From: an uncultured Planctomycetota bacterium | Lineage (GTDB): Bacteria; Planctomycetota; Planctomycetia; Isosphaerales; Isosphaeraceae | DNA length: 64,000 bases | Direction of reading: 5' to 3' | Assembly (NCBI GenBank): GCA_963845755.1 | Contig: CAWJTV010000042.1 | Coordinates: 128,001-192,000 of the forward strand | Part shown: in pieces, positions 45,669 to 56,718 of the stretch | Layout of the letters: every line of letters begins with the position of its first letter | How positions within the stretch are numbered: the first letter of the stretch is position 1 | Notes under the pieces: generated by a model | What the model was told of the DNA's origin: nothing | The model's input: only the letters and a program-made list of their open reading frames with translations | The model's database searches: none | Program-made: the position numbers and the translations under genes

Positions 45669-45722
45669 GACGGGAGAGGGGACTGGCTCCGAGCCTTCGA
45701 GGTGCCTGTCCCCTCTCCCGTC
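45669..45722. repeat. REP-like hairpin, possible terminator after arfB
   Basis: Perfect 15-bp inverted repeat GACGGGAGAGGGGAC / GTCCCCTCTCCCGTC. Confidence 0.75.
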
Positions 45723-45757
45723 GGGGCTTCCACGGAGCTGTCATTGAGGAGGAACTC

Positions 45758-46609
45758 GTGCTCACATTGGCATTCTTAACGAATATGCTCATCGCGACGG
45801 CGGTCCAGCAGGCCGATCCGGGGGTAGCGCAAGGTGCGTCGCGGTCCGCCGGCGCTCCTTCGACCGACGAGCGCTGGATCCCCCTGTTCAATGGCCGCGA
45901 CTTGACCGGCTGGTACACCTTCCTGCAGAAGCACGGAAAGGACCAGGACCCCGACCACGTGATCGCGATCGAGGATGGCTCGATCCACCTCTATAAGGAT
46001 GCACCCGAGGGCAGCAGCGTGGTGATGGGTTATATCTCGACCGAGAAGGAGTATGGGGATTATCATCTGCGGCTCCAGTACCGTTGGGGCATGAAGAAGT
46101 TCCAGCCGAGACTGGCGCTGAAGCGTGACGCAGGGCTCTATTACCACCTCAACGGCCCGGATGCGGTCTGGCCGCGTGGGCTCCAGTATCAGATCGAGCA
46201 GACGAACGTGGGCGATCTGATCGCCCTCTACGGCGTTCAGCTCGACACCACGATCGACCCCAAGACACGATCGGAAAAGATGCCGACCTTTCGGGATGGC
46301 GAGCAGAAGGGCGAGCCCTACACGATGGGCGGCCGGGGGATTGCGTACTTGAAGCATCTCGCCGGCGAATACGAACGGGATGGCTGGAACACGGTCGAGA
46401 TCATCGCCCGAGGCGCTACCACGAGCCACATCCTCAACGGCCAGGTGGTGAGCAGCGGGCGCAACATCCGGCTCGTGGATCCGGAACATCCGGAATCCAG
46501 TCGGCCCGTCACACGAGGTCGGATCGCGCTGGAGATCGAGGCGGCCGAGCTCTACTTCCGCAAGGTTGAGCTGCGCGTCCTCGATGAGCGCCCCAGCCGC
46601 GACCATTGA
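45758..46609 (+). CDS. DUF1080 (3-keto-disaccharide hydrolase family) protein
   Basis: WIPLFNGRDLTGW, YGDYHLRLQYRWG, GWNTVEI and GRIALEIE motifs. Confidence 0.9.
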   Translation: MLTLAFLTNMLIATAVQQADPGVAQGASRSAGAPSTDERWIPLFNGRDLTGWYTFLQKHGKDQDPDHVIAIEDGSIHLYKDAPEGSSVVMGYISTEKEYGDYHLRLQYRWGMKKFQPRLALKRDAGLYYHLNGPDAVWPRGLQYQIEQTNVGDLIALYGVQLDTTIDPKTRSEKMPTFRDGEQKGEPYTMGGRGIAYLKHLAGEYERDGWNTVEIIARGATTSHILNGQVVSSGRNIRLVDPEHPESSRPVTRGRIALEIEAAELYFRKVELRVLDERPSRDH

Positions 46610-46769
46610 TGCGAACGTTGATGGTCCCTACGTTCCCACCTCGGCGACGTCCGGCACGATTTCTGCTCAGTAGTCGGCCGAGCCGATGAGGTAAACTGGA
46701 TTGTTCGCCGTGGTTCTTCGGACCCCCTGAGGAATCAGCAAGAGATCTCCAGCCATCCGAGGAGCGACC

Positions 46770-47894
46770 ATGCGAGTTCCACAACGATGGAGTGTCGTCA
46801 CGAGCCTCGTGCTGTTTTGTCTCGGTGTCACATTGATGAGCGGTTCGGCGCGGCGCAGTCGGAGTCGACTCCCAAACCCCCGCAGCCTCAATCACCGCCT
46901 CCGCTGGATGGTCCGACTACCGATCTCGCGCCAATTCCGTCGGGAGCCGAGCTACCTCAAACAGGTTCATCGACCGACGAGGACGGAGGTCGGATCACGA
47001 CCCGGGAGACGGTCCCGTACCCGGGTGAGTTGGCCGATTCCAGCCGGGTGCGTGTCCGGAAGGCTCCGCCGCCATCGGTGGTCGAGCGGCCTTCTGGCCC
47101 CCGGCCCGACCGGCGAGCGCAGTGGATCGCGGGACACTGGGACTGGGATGCCTTGAGCGACGACTTCGTCTGGGTTGGCGGGAGCTGGAAGATCCCCCCA
47201 GCCGGATCGACGTGGGTGGCCGGCCGCTGGCAGCATGATGCCGCTGGCTGGTACTGGGTTTCCGGCACATGGAGCCGGCCCCGTGATCGTTCAACGGCTG
47301 CCGCGAACACTCCCGCATGGCGGATGACCGGACCTCCCGAGGACCATCCCGACGATACCCCGCCACCGGCCCCGGGTACTAACTTCTTCTTCGTCCCAGG
47401 CCATTTTGCTCCATCGGCCGGGGATCGGCTTGCCTGGACATCCGGCTTCTGGGCCCGAGTGCAGCCCGGCTGGGACTGGATCCCCGCGCGCTGGGTCCGA
47501 CGCGCGAATGGCTGGGACTTTCGCGAGGGCCGTTGGGTCCGCGACTCAGACACCGCCGTGGTCAAAAGCGGCCCCCGAGGCCGCCGACGCCTCGTCGCCC
47601 GTCCTTTGTTTCCCGGCCGCCGACCGGAGGTGGTCGAGTCGGAGCCCGGCGTTGATCGCCTCCCGCTGCCTCCCGGTCCCGTGACGGAACGCGATCCCAT
47701 CGCGGAGGCCGAGGCGGTCAGACCGTCCTGTTCCTCCCGACGACGCTCCAGAGATCATCGTTGGGCCGGGCGCTCGCATGCCCTACTACGTCATCCGCCC
47801 ACCCGGAGCTTACCCGTATGGTCCAAATGGAGTCGTGCTCCCGGGAGCCGTTCCTCCGTTCGTGCGTCGCCTTCTGGATCGTGTCCTACCGTGA
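46770..47894 (+). CDS. Secreted YXWGXW-repeat protein; frameshifts near 46850 and 47725
   Basis: WIAGHWDW, WVGGSW, WVAGRW, WVSGTW, FVPGHF and WIPARW repeats; C-terminal PYYVIRPPGAYPYG...LDRVLP* in a shifted frame. Confidence 0.8.
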
Positions 47895-47973
47895 TGGCCG
47901 ACGAGTCGCTCGAATTGGAGCAAGGGTCATCGGTGTGTCTCGGCGTCTTGATCTGCTGACTCGACAGCAATCT

Positions 47974-48643
47974 TCAACGGTCAGGTCGCAAGGTTTCAAC
48001 ATCCGGAATGATCATGATCCCCTCATCGGGCCGCCCCACGGAGCGGGTCCGCCCCCGGCGCCAGAGCAGGGCTGTCAAGGCGGCACACGACCGAGTCGAG
48101 CTGATGCTCGGAAGCCTTGGGGTGATTGAGCCCGGGCACCAGCGGCTTGAGGGCCCGATAGATGTGGCGGCGACCTGAAGGTGTTTTCTTTCCCTGACAC
48201 GGCAGACCGAGCAATCTGAGCGTGGCGAACGGGTAGACTTCCAAAGGTTCGTGGCCCTGCTCGCGGATCGCTGTTGCGATCCGCTCGCCGCGACGGGCCA
48301 GGACCTTGATCAAGGCCGTGGCGAGTGTCGGTATACCCATCCGCGCCAGGTCGCGCTCGAGCTGGCGACTCCGCGTTCCCGGGTCGGTCCGGCACGGGCA
48401 ATCGTCGTCGAGGCAGCAGCGTCCTAACGGACGGGTCAAGGGTGCGTTGATCGCCACTGTCCCCCACCGTCCCGCCAGGTTGGCCAGCGAAAGGATTTCG
48501 TCATCGTCCCCTGCCGAGGTGAGATATTCCAATCGCCCGCCGCGCAGGATGGCTACTCCGGTTTCGCGATCTGGTACACCGGCCAAATCGATCCCCACAC
48601 AAATCCCCGGCCTCCTCGGCCTGTGCCTCGCTCGCGCGACCAA
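47974..48643 (-). CDS. DUF429 RNase-H-like nuclease domain protein; frameshift near 48080
   Basis: VGIDLAG, AINAPL, LEVYP and HQLDSVVC motifs; C-terminal EGIMIIP in a shifted frame. Confidence 0.85.
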
Positions 48644-48879
48644 ATCGACCTCCCTGGTCCCGTTCCTTGGCTTTCATCCGGCATCTCGTCCAGATTCTTG
48701 GAGGCTCTCCTTTAGATCGAGGGACAGAAATCCAACCTGACCTCAATCTGGGCAGTCGGACGATTCAGAACCTCTAGAGGCAGACGGGGCGGCGAAATGA
48801 GAATAGACCGGTCGAGCCAGATCGCGCCAGGGGCCGGAATCACCGAACGTGTCTCGCGGCCCTTTCACACGATAGGGAG

Positions 48880-48968
48880 CGGAGAGGGGGGGATTCGAAC
48901 CCCCGAGACCGGTTTCCCAGTCTAACGGTTTAGCAAACCGTCGCTATCGACCACTCAGCCACCTCTCC
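48880..48968 (-). tRNA. tRNA-Ser(GCT)
   Basis: GGAGAGGTGGCTGAGTGGTCGATAGCGACGGTTTGCTAAACCGT...GGTTCGAATCCCCCCCTCTCCG; long variable arm; CCA not encoded. Confidence 0.97.
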
Positions 48969-49096
48969 AGGCGGGCGGTGACGGTCCGGGTGCTGCTCCG
49001 GATCGTCGTGTCTTCATCGAAAATTACCAGACCAAGACCCCGCTCGTCAATGTTGCGGAAGTCGCGAAGCGCGGCGGTCGCATTTCGTCCCTTGGT

Positions 49097-50506
49097 CTAA
49101 CCATGGATCGCGCGGCCCTCGACGGCCAAGGCCGCCTCGCGCGTGGCTTCGGAGAGCGTCGGATGGGCGTGGCAGGTGCGCGCGATGTCCTCGGCACTGC
49201 CGCCGAACTCCATCACCGCAACGGCCTCCGCAATCATCTCCGAGGCCCGGGGGCCCAGGATGTGGACGCCAAGCACCCGGTCGGTCTCCGCGTCTGCCAG
49301 GATCTTGACCAGCCCTTCGGTCTCGTCCATCGCCCTGGCGCGGCCGTTGGCCTGGAACGGGAACTTGCCAATCCGATACTTGAGCCCGAATTGGTTTGCC
49401 AGCTCTTCGGTATGCCCAACGCTCGCCATCTCGGGCCACGTGTAGATCACGCTCGGGATGGTGTGGTAATTGACATGCCCCGGCTTGCCCGCCAGGACCT
49501 CGGCGCACGCAATCCCCTCGTCCTCCGCCTTGTGGGCCAGCATCGGACCATCGATCAAGTCGCCGATCGCCGAGATCGTCGGCACGTTGGTGCGGTAGTG
49601 CGGGTCAACCGAAACCTTCCCGGACTTGGGATCGACCGTCACGCCGGCTTCCGCGAGTCCCAGGCCTTGCGTGTAGGGCCGGCGGCCCACGGCGACCAGT
49701 ACACGATCGCAGGCGAAGGTTTCCTCGGTCCCGTCCTTCTTCTGGGCACGGACCGTGATGCCCTCTCCCTCGACCGATGCTCCCGTGACCTTGGTCTCGA
49801 GATGGAACGCGAGCCCCTGCTTCGCCAGGCTCTTGTATAGCAGAGTGCCCAGCTCATGGTCGGCCAAGGGGACGATCCTCGGCAGGAATTCGAGCACGGT
49901 CACCCTCGCACCCAACCGTCGCCAGACCGAACCCAATTCCAATCCGATATACCCGGCGCCGATGACGACCAAATGATCGGGGACCTTCTCGAAGCTCAGC
50001 GCGCCCGTGGAATCGACGACTGACCGGCCGTCGAACGGCAGGAACGGCAACCCCGACGGCTCCGATCCGGTCGCCAGCAGGATATGCTTGGACTGGAGGT
50101 TGACACTCCCTCCTTCATTCAGGTCGACATGGACCGAGTTCGGCCCGCTGATCCGCGCTTTACCGAAGACGGGCTCGACCTTGTTTTTGCGGAATAGGTA
50201 GCGGACGCCATCGGTCAACCCCTTGACCACCTCGTCCTTGCGGGCCAGCATCGCGGCCAGGTCGAGCTGAATTCCCTCGACCGCGATCCCGTGCTTAGGA
50301 AACCGCTCCTTGGCCAGGTGGAACAACTCGCTCGAGTCGAGCATCGCCTTGCTGGGGATGCAACCGACATTCAGGCAGGTCCCGCCCAGCGTGCGGCCCT
50401 TCTCGACGCAGGCCACCTTCATGCCTAGCTGGGCCGCACGGATCGCCGCCACGTATCCGCCCGGCCCGGCGCCAATCACGATCAGATCGAACTGCGTTGC
50501 CACCAT
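49097..50506 (-). CDS. lpdA: Dihydrolipoyl dehydrogenase (E3)
   Basis: GAGPGGY, GGTCLNVGCIPSK and HAHPTLSE motifs. Confidence 0.97.
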   Translation of the reverse strand: MVATQFDLIVIGAGPGGYVAAIRAAQLGMKVACVEKGRTLGGTCLNVGCIPSKAMLDSSELFHLAKERFPKHGIAVEGIQLDLAAMLARKDEVVKGLTDGVRYLFRKNKVEPVFGKARISGPNSVHVDLNEGGSVNLQSKHILLATGSEPSGLPFLPFDGRSVVDSTGALSFEKVPDHLVVIGAGYIGLELGSVWRRLGARVTVLEFLPRIVPLADHELGTLLYKSLAKQGLAFHLETKVTGASVEGEGITVRAQKKDGTEETFACDRVLVAVGRRPYTQGLGLAEAGVTVDPKSGKVSVDPHYRTNVPTISAIGDLIDGPMLAHKAEDEGIACAEVLAGKPGHVNYHTIPSVIYTWPEMASVGHTEELANQFGLKYRIGKFPFQANGRARAMDETEGLVKILADAETDRVLGVHILGPRASEMIAEAVAVMEFGGSAEDIARTCHAHPTLSEATREAALAVEGRAIHG

Positions 50507-50570
50507 GAACTCCTTCGAATTTCAGGTCTTCAGCGATCGGTTTTCAGTGGAGTGGACGACAGGTATCCTG

Positions 50571-50933
50571 CTACGGGTGTGCGCCCGCTTCTTCCAGGAT
50601 GGTCACGATGTCCTCGTGTCCGTTGGATCTCGCCGCGCGGAGAGCGGTTGTTCCATCCTCCCAGTGGGCGTCAGGACTTGCCCCGGCGGATATCAGGGCC
50701 TTGACTCGAGCCGTATTACCTTGCGCTGCGGCAATAAAGAGGCGTTCATCCAGCCCATACACCTGGTACAAGTACCGGCCGAGTATCGCCAGTATCACCA
50801 CACCTCCGAGCCACAGCCCGCAGCGGCGCCAACGCACTGGAGAACGCATGATGAAGAGCGAGGCCACGTAACAACCGCCGGCGATCAACCCGATTGCGAG
50901 GAGGCCAAAGAGAATAAAGCCACCGAAATCCAT
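50571..50933 (-). CDS. Small membrane protein with ankyrin repeats
   Basis: Two TM helices, then LFIAAAQGNTARVKALISAGA...GTTALRAARSNGHEDIVTILEEAGA; GGAG RBS. Confidence 0.85.
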   Translation of the reverse strand: MDFGGFILFGLLAIGLIAGGCYVASLFIMRSPVRWRRCGLWLGGVVILAILGRYLYQVYGLDERLFIAAAQGNTARVKALISAGASPDAHWEDGTTALRAARSNGHEDIVTILEEAGAHP

Positions 50934-51008
50934 GTACCACTCTCCGCAAGGTCATAGGCCGAATGCTGAGACCGTCTTGAGCAGGTCGATCGCTGTTGTC
51001 GCCGTTCG

Positions 51009-52292
51009 TCAGACCTCCAGCATCATCCGCTCGGGGTTCTCGATTCCGTCCTTGACGCGGACCAGGAAGCTCACGGCCTCGCGGCCGTCGACGAGGCGAT
51101 GGTCGTACGACAGGGCCAGATACATCATCGGACGGATTACGATCTGATCATCGACGACCACCGGGCGCTTCTTGATGGCGTGCATGCCAAGGATGCCGCT
51201 CTGGGGTGGGTTGAGGATCGGGGTCGAGAGCATCGAGCCGAAGATCCCGCCGTTGGTGATTGTGAACGTCCCGCCGCGCAGGTCGTCGACCGAGATCGTC
51301 CCCTCGCGCCCCTTGGCGGCATAGCCGGCGATGGCCTTCTCGATCGCCGCAAACGAGAGGCGATCCGCGTCGCGGATCACCGGGACCATCAAGCCCTTCT
51401 CTGTGCTGACCGCCACGCCGATGTCGTAAAAGTTGTGAGTGACGATCTCGTTCCCCTCGATGCGCGCATTCACGGTCGGGAACGCCTTGAGGGCTTCGAT
51501 CGAGGCCTTGACGAAGAAGGAGATGAAGCCCAGCGCCATGCCGTGTGCCTTCTGAAACGGCTCCTTGTACCGGGCGCACAGGTCCATCACCCGCGACATA
51601 TCGGCTTCGTTGAATGTGGTCAGGATGGCCGCCGTCTGCTGGGCCTCGACCAGGCGCTGGGCGATGCGCTGGCGCAGTCCGCTCATCCGCCGGCGCGTCT
51701 CGCGTGGGTCGGCGGGCTTGATCGCGGCGGGTGCGGCTTCCACCGCGGGCGCGGGCCGGGACTGCTCGCGACCCGTCGGCCAGGGTGTTGCCGCGCGCAC
51801 GACCGGGGCCGACGCGGTTGCGGCGTTCGCTCCTGGGGACGACTCGAGGAACGTCAGCACGTCTTCCTTGGTGACGCGGCCTCCGGGCCCGGTGCCGGTG
51901 ATACGGGCGATGTCGACATCCCGCTCGGCGACCAGTCGGCGGACCGACGGCGAAAGGGGACGATCGTCGCTCTCCTCCGGCGGCTGGGGCGCGGGTTGCG
52001 ACGAATGCGCTTTCTGGCCGTCAGGCTCCGGCGCCGCCACGGCCGTCGGTGTGCCCGATGGGTCGATCGTGCCGACCGTCGCGCCAATCGCCACCGTCTG
52101 GCCCTCCGCCGCGCCGATCTTCAACATGCCCGATCCCGGTGCCGGAACGGTCGTTGTCGCCTTGTCGGTCTCCAGCTCCAGCAGCGGCTCGCCGGATTGC
52201 ACCGGCGAACCATCAGGCTTGAGCCAGCGCGACACGATCCCCTCGGTTATCGATTCACCCACGCTGGGTACGGTGATTGGAATGGCGGGCAT
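51009..52292 (-). CDS. sucB: 2-oxoglutarate dehydrogenase E2 (dihydrolipoyllysine succinyltransferase)
   Basis: Lipoyl ETDKA, E3-binding [12 protein letters not shown] and YDHRLVDG motifs. Confidence 0.97.
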   Translation of the reverse strand: MPAIPITVPSVGESITEGIVSRWLKPDGSPVQSGEPLLELETDKATTTVPAPGSGMLKIGAAEGQTVAIGATVGTIDPSGTPTAVAAPEPDGQKAHSSQPAPQPPEESDDRPLSPSVRRLVAERDVDIARITGTGPGGRVTKEDVLTFLESSPGANAATASAPVVRAATPWPTGREQSRPAPAVEAAPAAIKPADPRETRRRMSGLRQRIAQRLVEAQQTAAILTTFNEADMSRVMDLCARYKEPFQKAHGMALGFISFFVKASIEALKAFPTVNARIEGNEIVTHNFYDIGVAVSTEKGLMVPVIRDADRLSFAAIEKAIAGYAAKGREGTISVDDLRGGTFTITNGGIFGSMLSTPILNPPQSGILGMHAIKKRPVVVDDQIVIRPMMYLALSYDHRLVDGREAVSFLVRVKDGIENPERMMLEV

Positions 52293-52303
52293 GGGCTCAC
52301 CAA

Positions 52304-52488
52304 TGGTCAGTGGTCGGTGGTCAGTTGGAATGCAGTGGTCGATGCTTCGTGGATAGAACCAAACCGGCGCGGGCCTCGTCTAGGGACGTGGTTTGATCGC
52401 AGGACGGCAGCGAGAAAGCGCAGAACTCCAGCCACTTCAGGATCCTGTCGCTTCCTTCGACGGCCCATTGCCCACGGACCACGGACCA
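52304..52488. repeat. Inverted heptamer arrays flanking a ~135-bp insert at the sucA/sucB junction
   Basis: TGGTCAG-TGGTCGG-TGGTCAG (52304-52324) versus CGGCCCA-TTGCCCA-CGGACCA-CGGACCA (52461-52488). Confidence 0.7.
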
Positions 52489-55252
52489 CTCGTTACCAGA
52501 TGCGGCACGGCCGCGCCGATGGCGGCCTCGACGATCTCGGCCTGCTCGCGGTCGTGGACGACCTTCGAGCCGGTGGCCGGGCTGGCGCTGGCGTCGCGGC
52601 CGACGTACGGAATCTCGACACCGAGGAGAGCCTGGAGCCGCGGGGCCACGAACGTCCAGGCGCCCATGTTCTGCGATTCTTCCTGGACCCAGACCCACTC
52701 CCGTGCCGATTTGTACCGATCCAGAACCGATTTCAATTCGACGGCCGGCCAAGGATAGAGCTGCTCGAGGCGGAGGATGGCCACGTCCCGCGGGCTGCCG
52801 GCCTCCGCGCGGCGGGCGATCAGGTCGTAGTAGATCTTTCCCGAGCACAGCAAGACGCGGCGGGCGCGCTCGGGGGCCGAAGGATCGTCGAGCACATCGC
52901 GGAAGTTCCCGACGGTCAGGTGGTCGACCGGGGAAACCGCCAGCTTGTGCCGCAGAAGGCTCTTGGGAGTCATGACGATCAGCGGCTTGCGGAACTCGCG
53001 ACGGACTTGCCGCCTCAGCAGGTGGAAGTACTGCGCCGGGGTGGTGGGGACCGCGACCTGGATGTTCTCCTCGGCACAGAGCTGGAGGAATCGCTCGAGT
53101 CGGGCGCTGGAGTGCTCGGGCCCCTGCCCTTCGTAGCCGTGAGGAAGGAGCAGCACCAGCCCGCTGGCACGGCCCCACTTCGACTCGGCCGACGCGATGA
53201 ACTGGTCGATGATGACCTGGGCGCCGTTGACGAAATCGCCGAACTGGGCCTCCCACATGATGAGCATGTGGGGCTCGTCGAGCGAATAACCATAGTCGAA
53301 TCCGAGCACGGCCGCCTCGGAGAGCAGGCTGTCGTAGACGCAGAACTCGGCCTGTCCGTCCTTGATGTGGTTGAGCGGGATCCAGCGGTCGCCGGTCTTC
53401 ATGTCGACCATCACGGCATGCCGTTGGCTGAACGTGCCGCGACGGCTGTCCTGGCCGCTAAGGCGGACGGGAGTGTCCTGCTCGAGCAGCGAACCGATCG
53501 CCAGCATCTCACCCGTGGACCAGTCGAGCGCACCCGCTCTTCCACGGCCTTGACGCGGCCGGCCAGCAGGCGGGCGAGCTTCGGGTTGACGGTGAATCCC
53601 TCGGGGACCCGGGTGCTCGCCGCGGCGACTTGCCGCAACGTCTCGTAGGAAACTCCGGTCTCAACCGTGTCGAAGGCGTGCCGGGAGGCCAGGCCGGCCC
53701 AGGTCCCGGCGAACCCGTGCGGCGTCGGCGGCTCACCGGACCCGCGCCGCACCTCCTCGAAGACCTCCTGCATCTTCTCGCTGAATGTCTCGGCGACCGT
53801 CTCGGCCTCCTGGCTCGAAAGCTCGCCGTTCATCACGAGCTGCTCGGTGTAGAGCTCGCGGATGCTGATCCGGTTCTTGATCTTCTCGTACATGATCGGC
53901 TGGGTGAAGGCGGGCTCGTCCCCCTCGTTGTGCCCGTGCCTGCGGTAGCAGACCATGTCGATGACCACGTCCCGGCCGAATGTCTGCCGGAAGTCGAACG
54001 CCAGCTCGCCGACGGCGATTACGGCTTCCGGGGCCTCGCCGTTGACGTGGAAGATCGGCGCCTCGATCATCTTGGCCACATCGGTGCAATACCGGGTCGA
54101 ACGGCCCTCGCTCGGCGCCGTGGTGAAACCGATCTGGTTGTTCACGACGATGTGGACGGTGCCGCCGGTCTTGTAGCCGGGAAGCTGGGAAAGGTTCAGC
54201 GTCTCGGCGACCAACCCCTGGCCGGCAAATGCGGCGTCGCCATGGATCAGGATCGGCACGCCCAGCCGCCGGTCCTTATCCTGGAACCGCCGTTGCTTGG
54301 CCCGCATCCGCCCCTCAACCACCGGGTTGACCGCCTCCAGGTGACTCGGGTTGGGGGTCAAGGTCAGGTGAACCGTCTGCTTGTCCGCCGTCACGTGATC
54401 GGCCGAGAAGCCCAGGTGATACTTGACGTCCCCGTCGCCGCCCACGGTCTCGGGCAGGTTCCCCTCGAACTCGTTGAAGATCATCCCGTACGGCTTGTCC
54501 AGGATGTTCGCCAGCACGTTCAGCCGCCCCCTGTGCGGCATCCCCATGACGATCTCCCGTACTCCCTGCAACCCGGCCCGTTCGATGATCGCATCCAGCA
54601 GCGGGATCAGCATCTCGCCGCCTTCGAGCGAGAACCGCTTCTGCCCGACGTAATTCTTGTGGAGGAACGTCTCGAACAGCTCGGCCGCATTCAGCTTGTA
54701 GATGATCCGCCGCTTCTTCCGGAGCTCGAAAGCCGGATGGTTCCGCGTGGGCTCCATCCGGTCCAGCAACCACCGGCGGATCTGGGTGTCGCGAATGTGC
54801 ATGAACTCGACGCCGATCGTACGGCAGTACGTCTCTCGCAGGATGGCGATCACCTCGCGCAGGGTGGCCGCGCCGCCCTCCGTCCCGCTCAGTCTGTTGA
54901 AGAAGACCCGATCGAGGTCCGCTTCCGTCAGCCCAAACGCCGAAGGCTCCAGCAGTTCGTGCATCTGCCGGCGCGGGCTGAGCTTCAGCGGGTCCAGGTC
55001 GGCCAGGTAGTGACCGTACTCGCGGTAGCCGTCGATCAACCGCGTGACGGCCGCCTGCGCCCGGGCGGCGTCGAGGTCCTCCGGACGGCTACTATCGACC
55101 GGCCCGCCATTGCTGCCCTGCTGCCCTAACTCGTAGCCCTCGAAGAAGATCCGCCAGGATTCCTCGACCGACGCCGGAGCCTTCCGCCAGCGGTCGTAGT
55201 AGTCCTCGATCAGGTCCACGTTCCACCGGTTCCCTACCGTCGCACGTTCCAT
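52437..55252 (-). CDS. sucA: 2-oxoglutarate dehydrogenase E1; frameshift near 53525
   Basis: [54 protein letters not shown] and WEAQFGDF motifs. Confidence 0.96.
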
Positions 55253-55607
55253 ATTTCGTTGGGTTCCAAGTCGATCGGCGCAGGAGGCGCGGCGGCGCCT
55301 GCTGCGTCTTATTCCGATCGATCCGAAGTCAAGGGCCTGCCGCCCGCCGCGAGCGGCGATTCCCAATGGATATCATACGCCAAGAAGAAGACGGTGTGCC
55401 AATCCGCAGATCGTGTTCCCATCACCAACGCGAAGAACCGAGGAGAGCCGTCTTGAGTGAGCTGCCAACCTCAGCACGGACAGCGGTCCGGCCGGGGCCA
55501 GGGGGGAGACCAAGGCGGGGGGCCTTCCTCCTACGAGCCGGCCGAGGGGAATGCACCAACCGACGCGTTGGTCCGCGCAGTCTCGAGAACGCACCTGGGA
55601 AAGTTTA

Positions 55608-55784
55608 CGCAATCAATACATTCCGCATAATCGTGGCTTCGATTTCGCGGTTTCGACGCCGGGTGATGCTGGCTTCGATCGCGCGATTTGGAGATCGGCC
55701 TCGCAGGCGCTTGCGCAATCGATACATTCCGCATAATCGTGGCTTCGATTTCGCGATTTCGATGCCGTGCGATCTGGCATCGCT
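55608..55784. repeat. 54-bp direct repeat x2 (106-bp period) containing periodic TGGCTTCGAT motifs
   Basis: CGCAATCRATACATTCCGCATAATCGTGGCTTCGATTTCGCGRTTTCGAYGCCG at 55608-55661 and 55714-55767; TGGCTTCGAT-type motifs at 55634, 55670, 55740 and a degenerate copy at 55775. Confidence 0.85.
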
Positions 55785-55978
55785 CCGACAATCCGGCCCA
55801 ACGGGAGATAGCATGCACGATTGGTGGTTTTTCTCGTTGTCAGGCAAGTCACATGGCATCATGAATGAGACGTGCCGCGTCATCGCGGGCGATGTTCCCG
55901 ACTCGGGGCACTGAACCTTGGCGAACCTCAGTGAGTGACGAACGCTTGGGACGCGATGACGAAGGCGACCTATTATTC

Positions 55979-56102
55979 AGGATGCCGCAACTTTGAAAAA
56001 ACGAGAACGCATTTCGGCCGAAATCGGCAGGATTTTCGAGTTAAGTCTTGATTTTACAAGGAGATAAAATTCTTCAAAATTTCTAGGTGTCGGTGGATTG
56101 TA
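55979..56102 (-). repeat. AT-rich ~125-bp dispersed element, homologous to 19678-19802
   Basis: The reverse complement aligns colinearly with 19678-19802; contains GTTAAGTCTTGATTTTACAAGGAGATAAA (56040-56068). Confidence 0.65.
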
Positions 56103-56335
56103 CGGGAGCGCGGTCGATCGACGCTCGAACCGGCTTGCGCAGGGTCACCGGCCGATACTCTCAAGGGCGCTTCGGGTTAGCTCGAGAGACGTCCGCGTCG
56201 AGTTGGGCGAAAGCCCTGTGTGGCGTGCGTTAGAGCAGGTCGAGGGACGTCCGTGTCCTTGCGGCGGATCAGCAAGCCGTTCCGCTCGACCATACTCATG
56301 CGGCTGCCCAGGCGCCGAAAGACCGGCGTCAACAC

Positions 56336-56718
56336 TCATCGAGGTGATGGAGAATAGTACCAGTAGCCGGTGATCGTCCCCGGATTCGACGCCGGAAGCT
56401 GGTAGACGGGTTGAGGAGAATAGTACCAGTAACCTGTGATCGTCCCCGGATTCGACGCCGGAAGCTGGTAGACGGGTTGAGGAGAATAGTACCAGTAGCT
56501 TGGGGTCGTTCCCGGATTCGGCGCCAGAAGGTGGTAGGTAATCGGGAGGTTGGAGTATCCGCCATTACGACCTGGCCCAGAGTTCTGGTCACCAGCCGGG
56601 CGCCGGAGGAATAGAAGCGTACCTCTCGGTCATCGGCGTGGGCGGAAGCCCCAAGAATGCCGTTTGCCGTCGCCGCGACAACGGTAACGCAGACGAACGT
56701 TCGCAATTCTGAACGCAT
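56336..56718 (-). CDS. Small secreted protein with tandem 22-aa repeats (YWYYSPQPVYQLPASNPGTITG); frameshift near 56600
   Basis: Signal peptide MRSELRTFVCVTVVAATANGILGASAHA with AGGAGG RBS. Differences between the repeat copies (ACA GGT vs ACC GGC) are synonymous only in the YWYYSP frame. Confidence 0.7.
56349..56535. repeat. 66-bp tandem repeat, about 2.8 copies
   Basis: Units start GGAGAATAGTACCAGTA at 56349, 56415 and 56481. Confidence 0.92.

Noticed and set aside
48880..48968. tRNA-Ser as the integration site of a genomic island
   Set aside because: No adjacent integrase, and I saw no duplicated tRNA 3' end in the window.
52321..52460. Insert between the heptamer arms as a four-helix-bundle gene remnant
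   Set aside because: Only a vague resemblance ([12 protein letters not shown]); too short to support.
51099..55129. Long plus-strand ORFs (849 aa, 499 aa) and similar antisense ORFs elsewhere
   Set aside because: They are shadows of GC-rich genes on the opposite strand and have no recognisable motifs.
55608..55767. 54-bp repeat pair as a CRISPR array or canonical dif site
   Set aside because: Only two copies, longer than typical CRISPR repeats, no cas genes, and no XerD arm (TTATGTTAAAT-like).
56349..56535. 66-bp periodic repeat as a CRISPR array
   Set aside because: The whole unit is repeated with no unique spacers, the period is a multiple of 3 with synonymous changes, and there are no cas genes.
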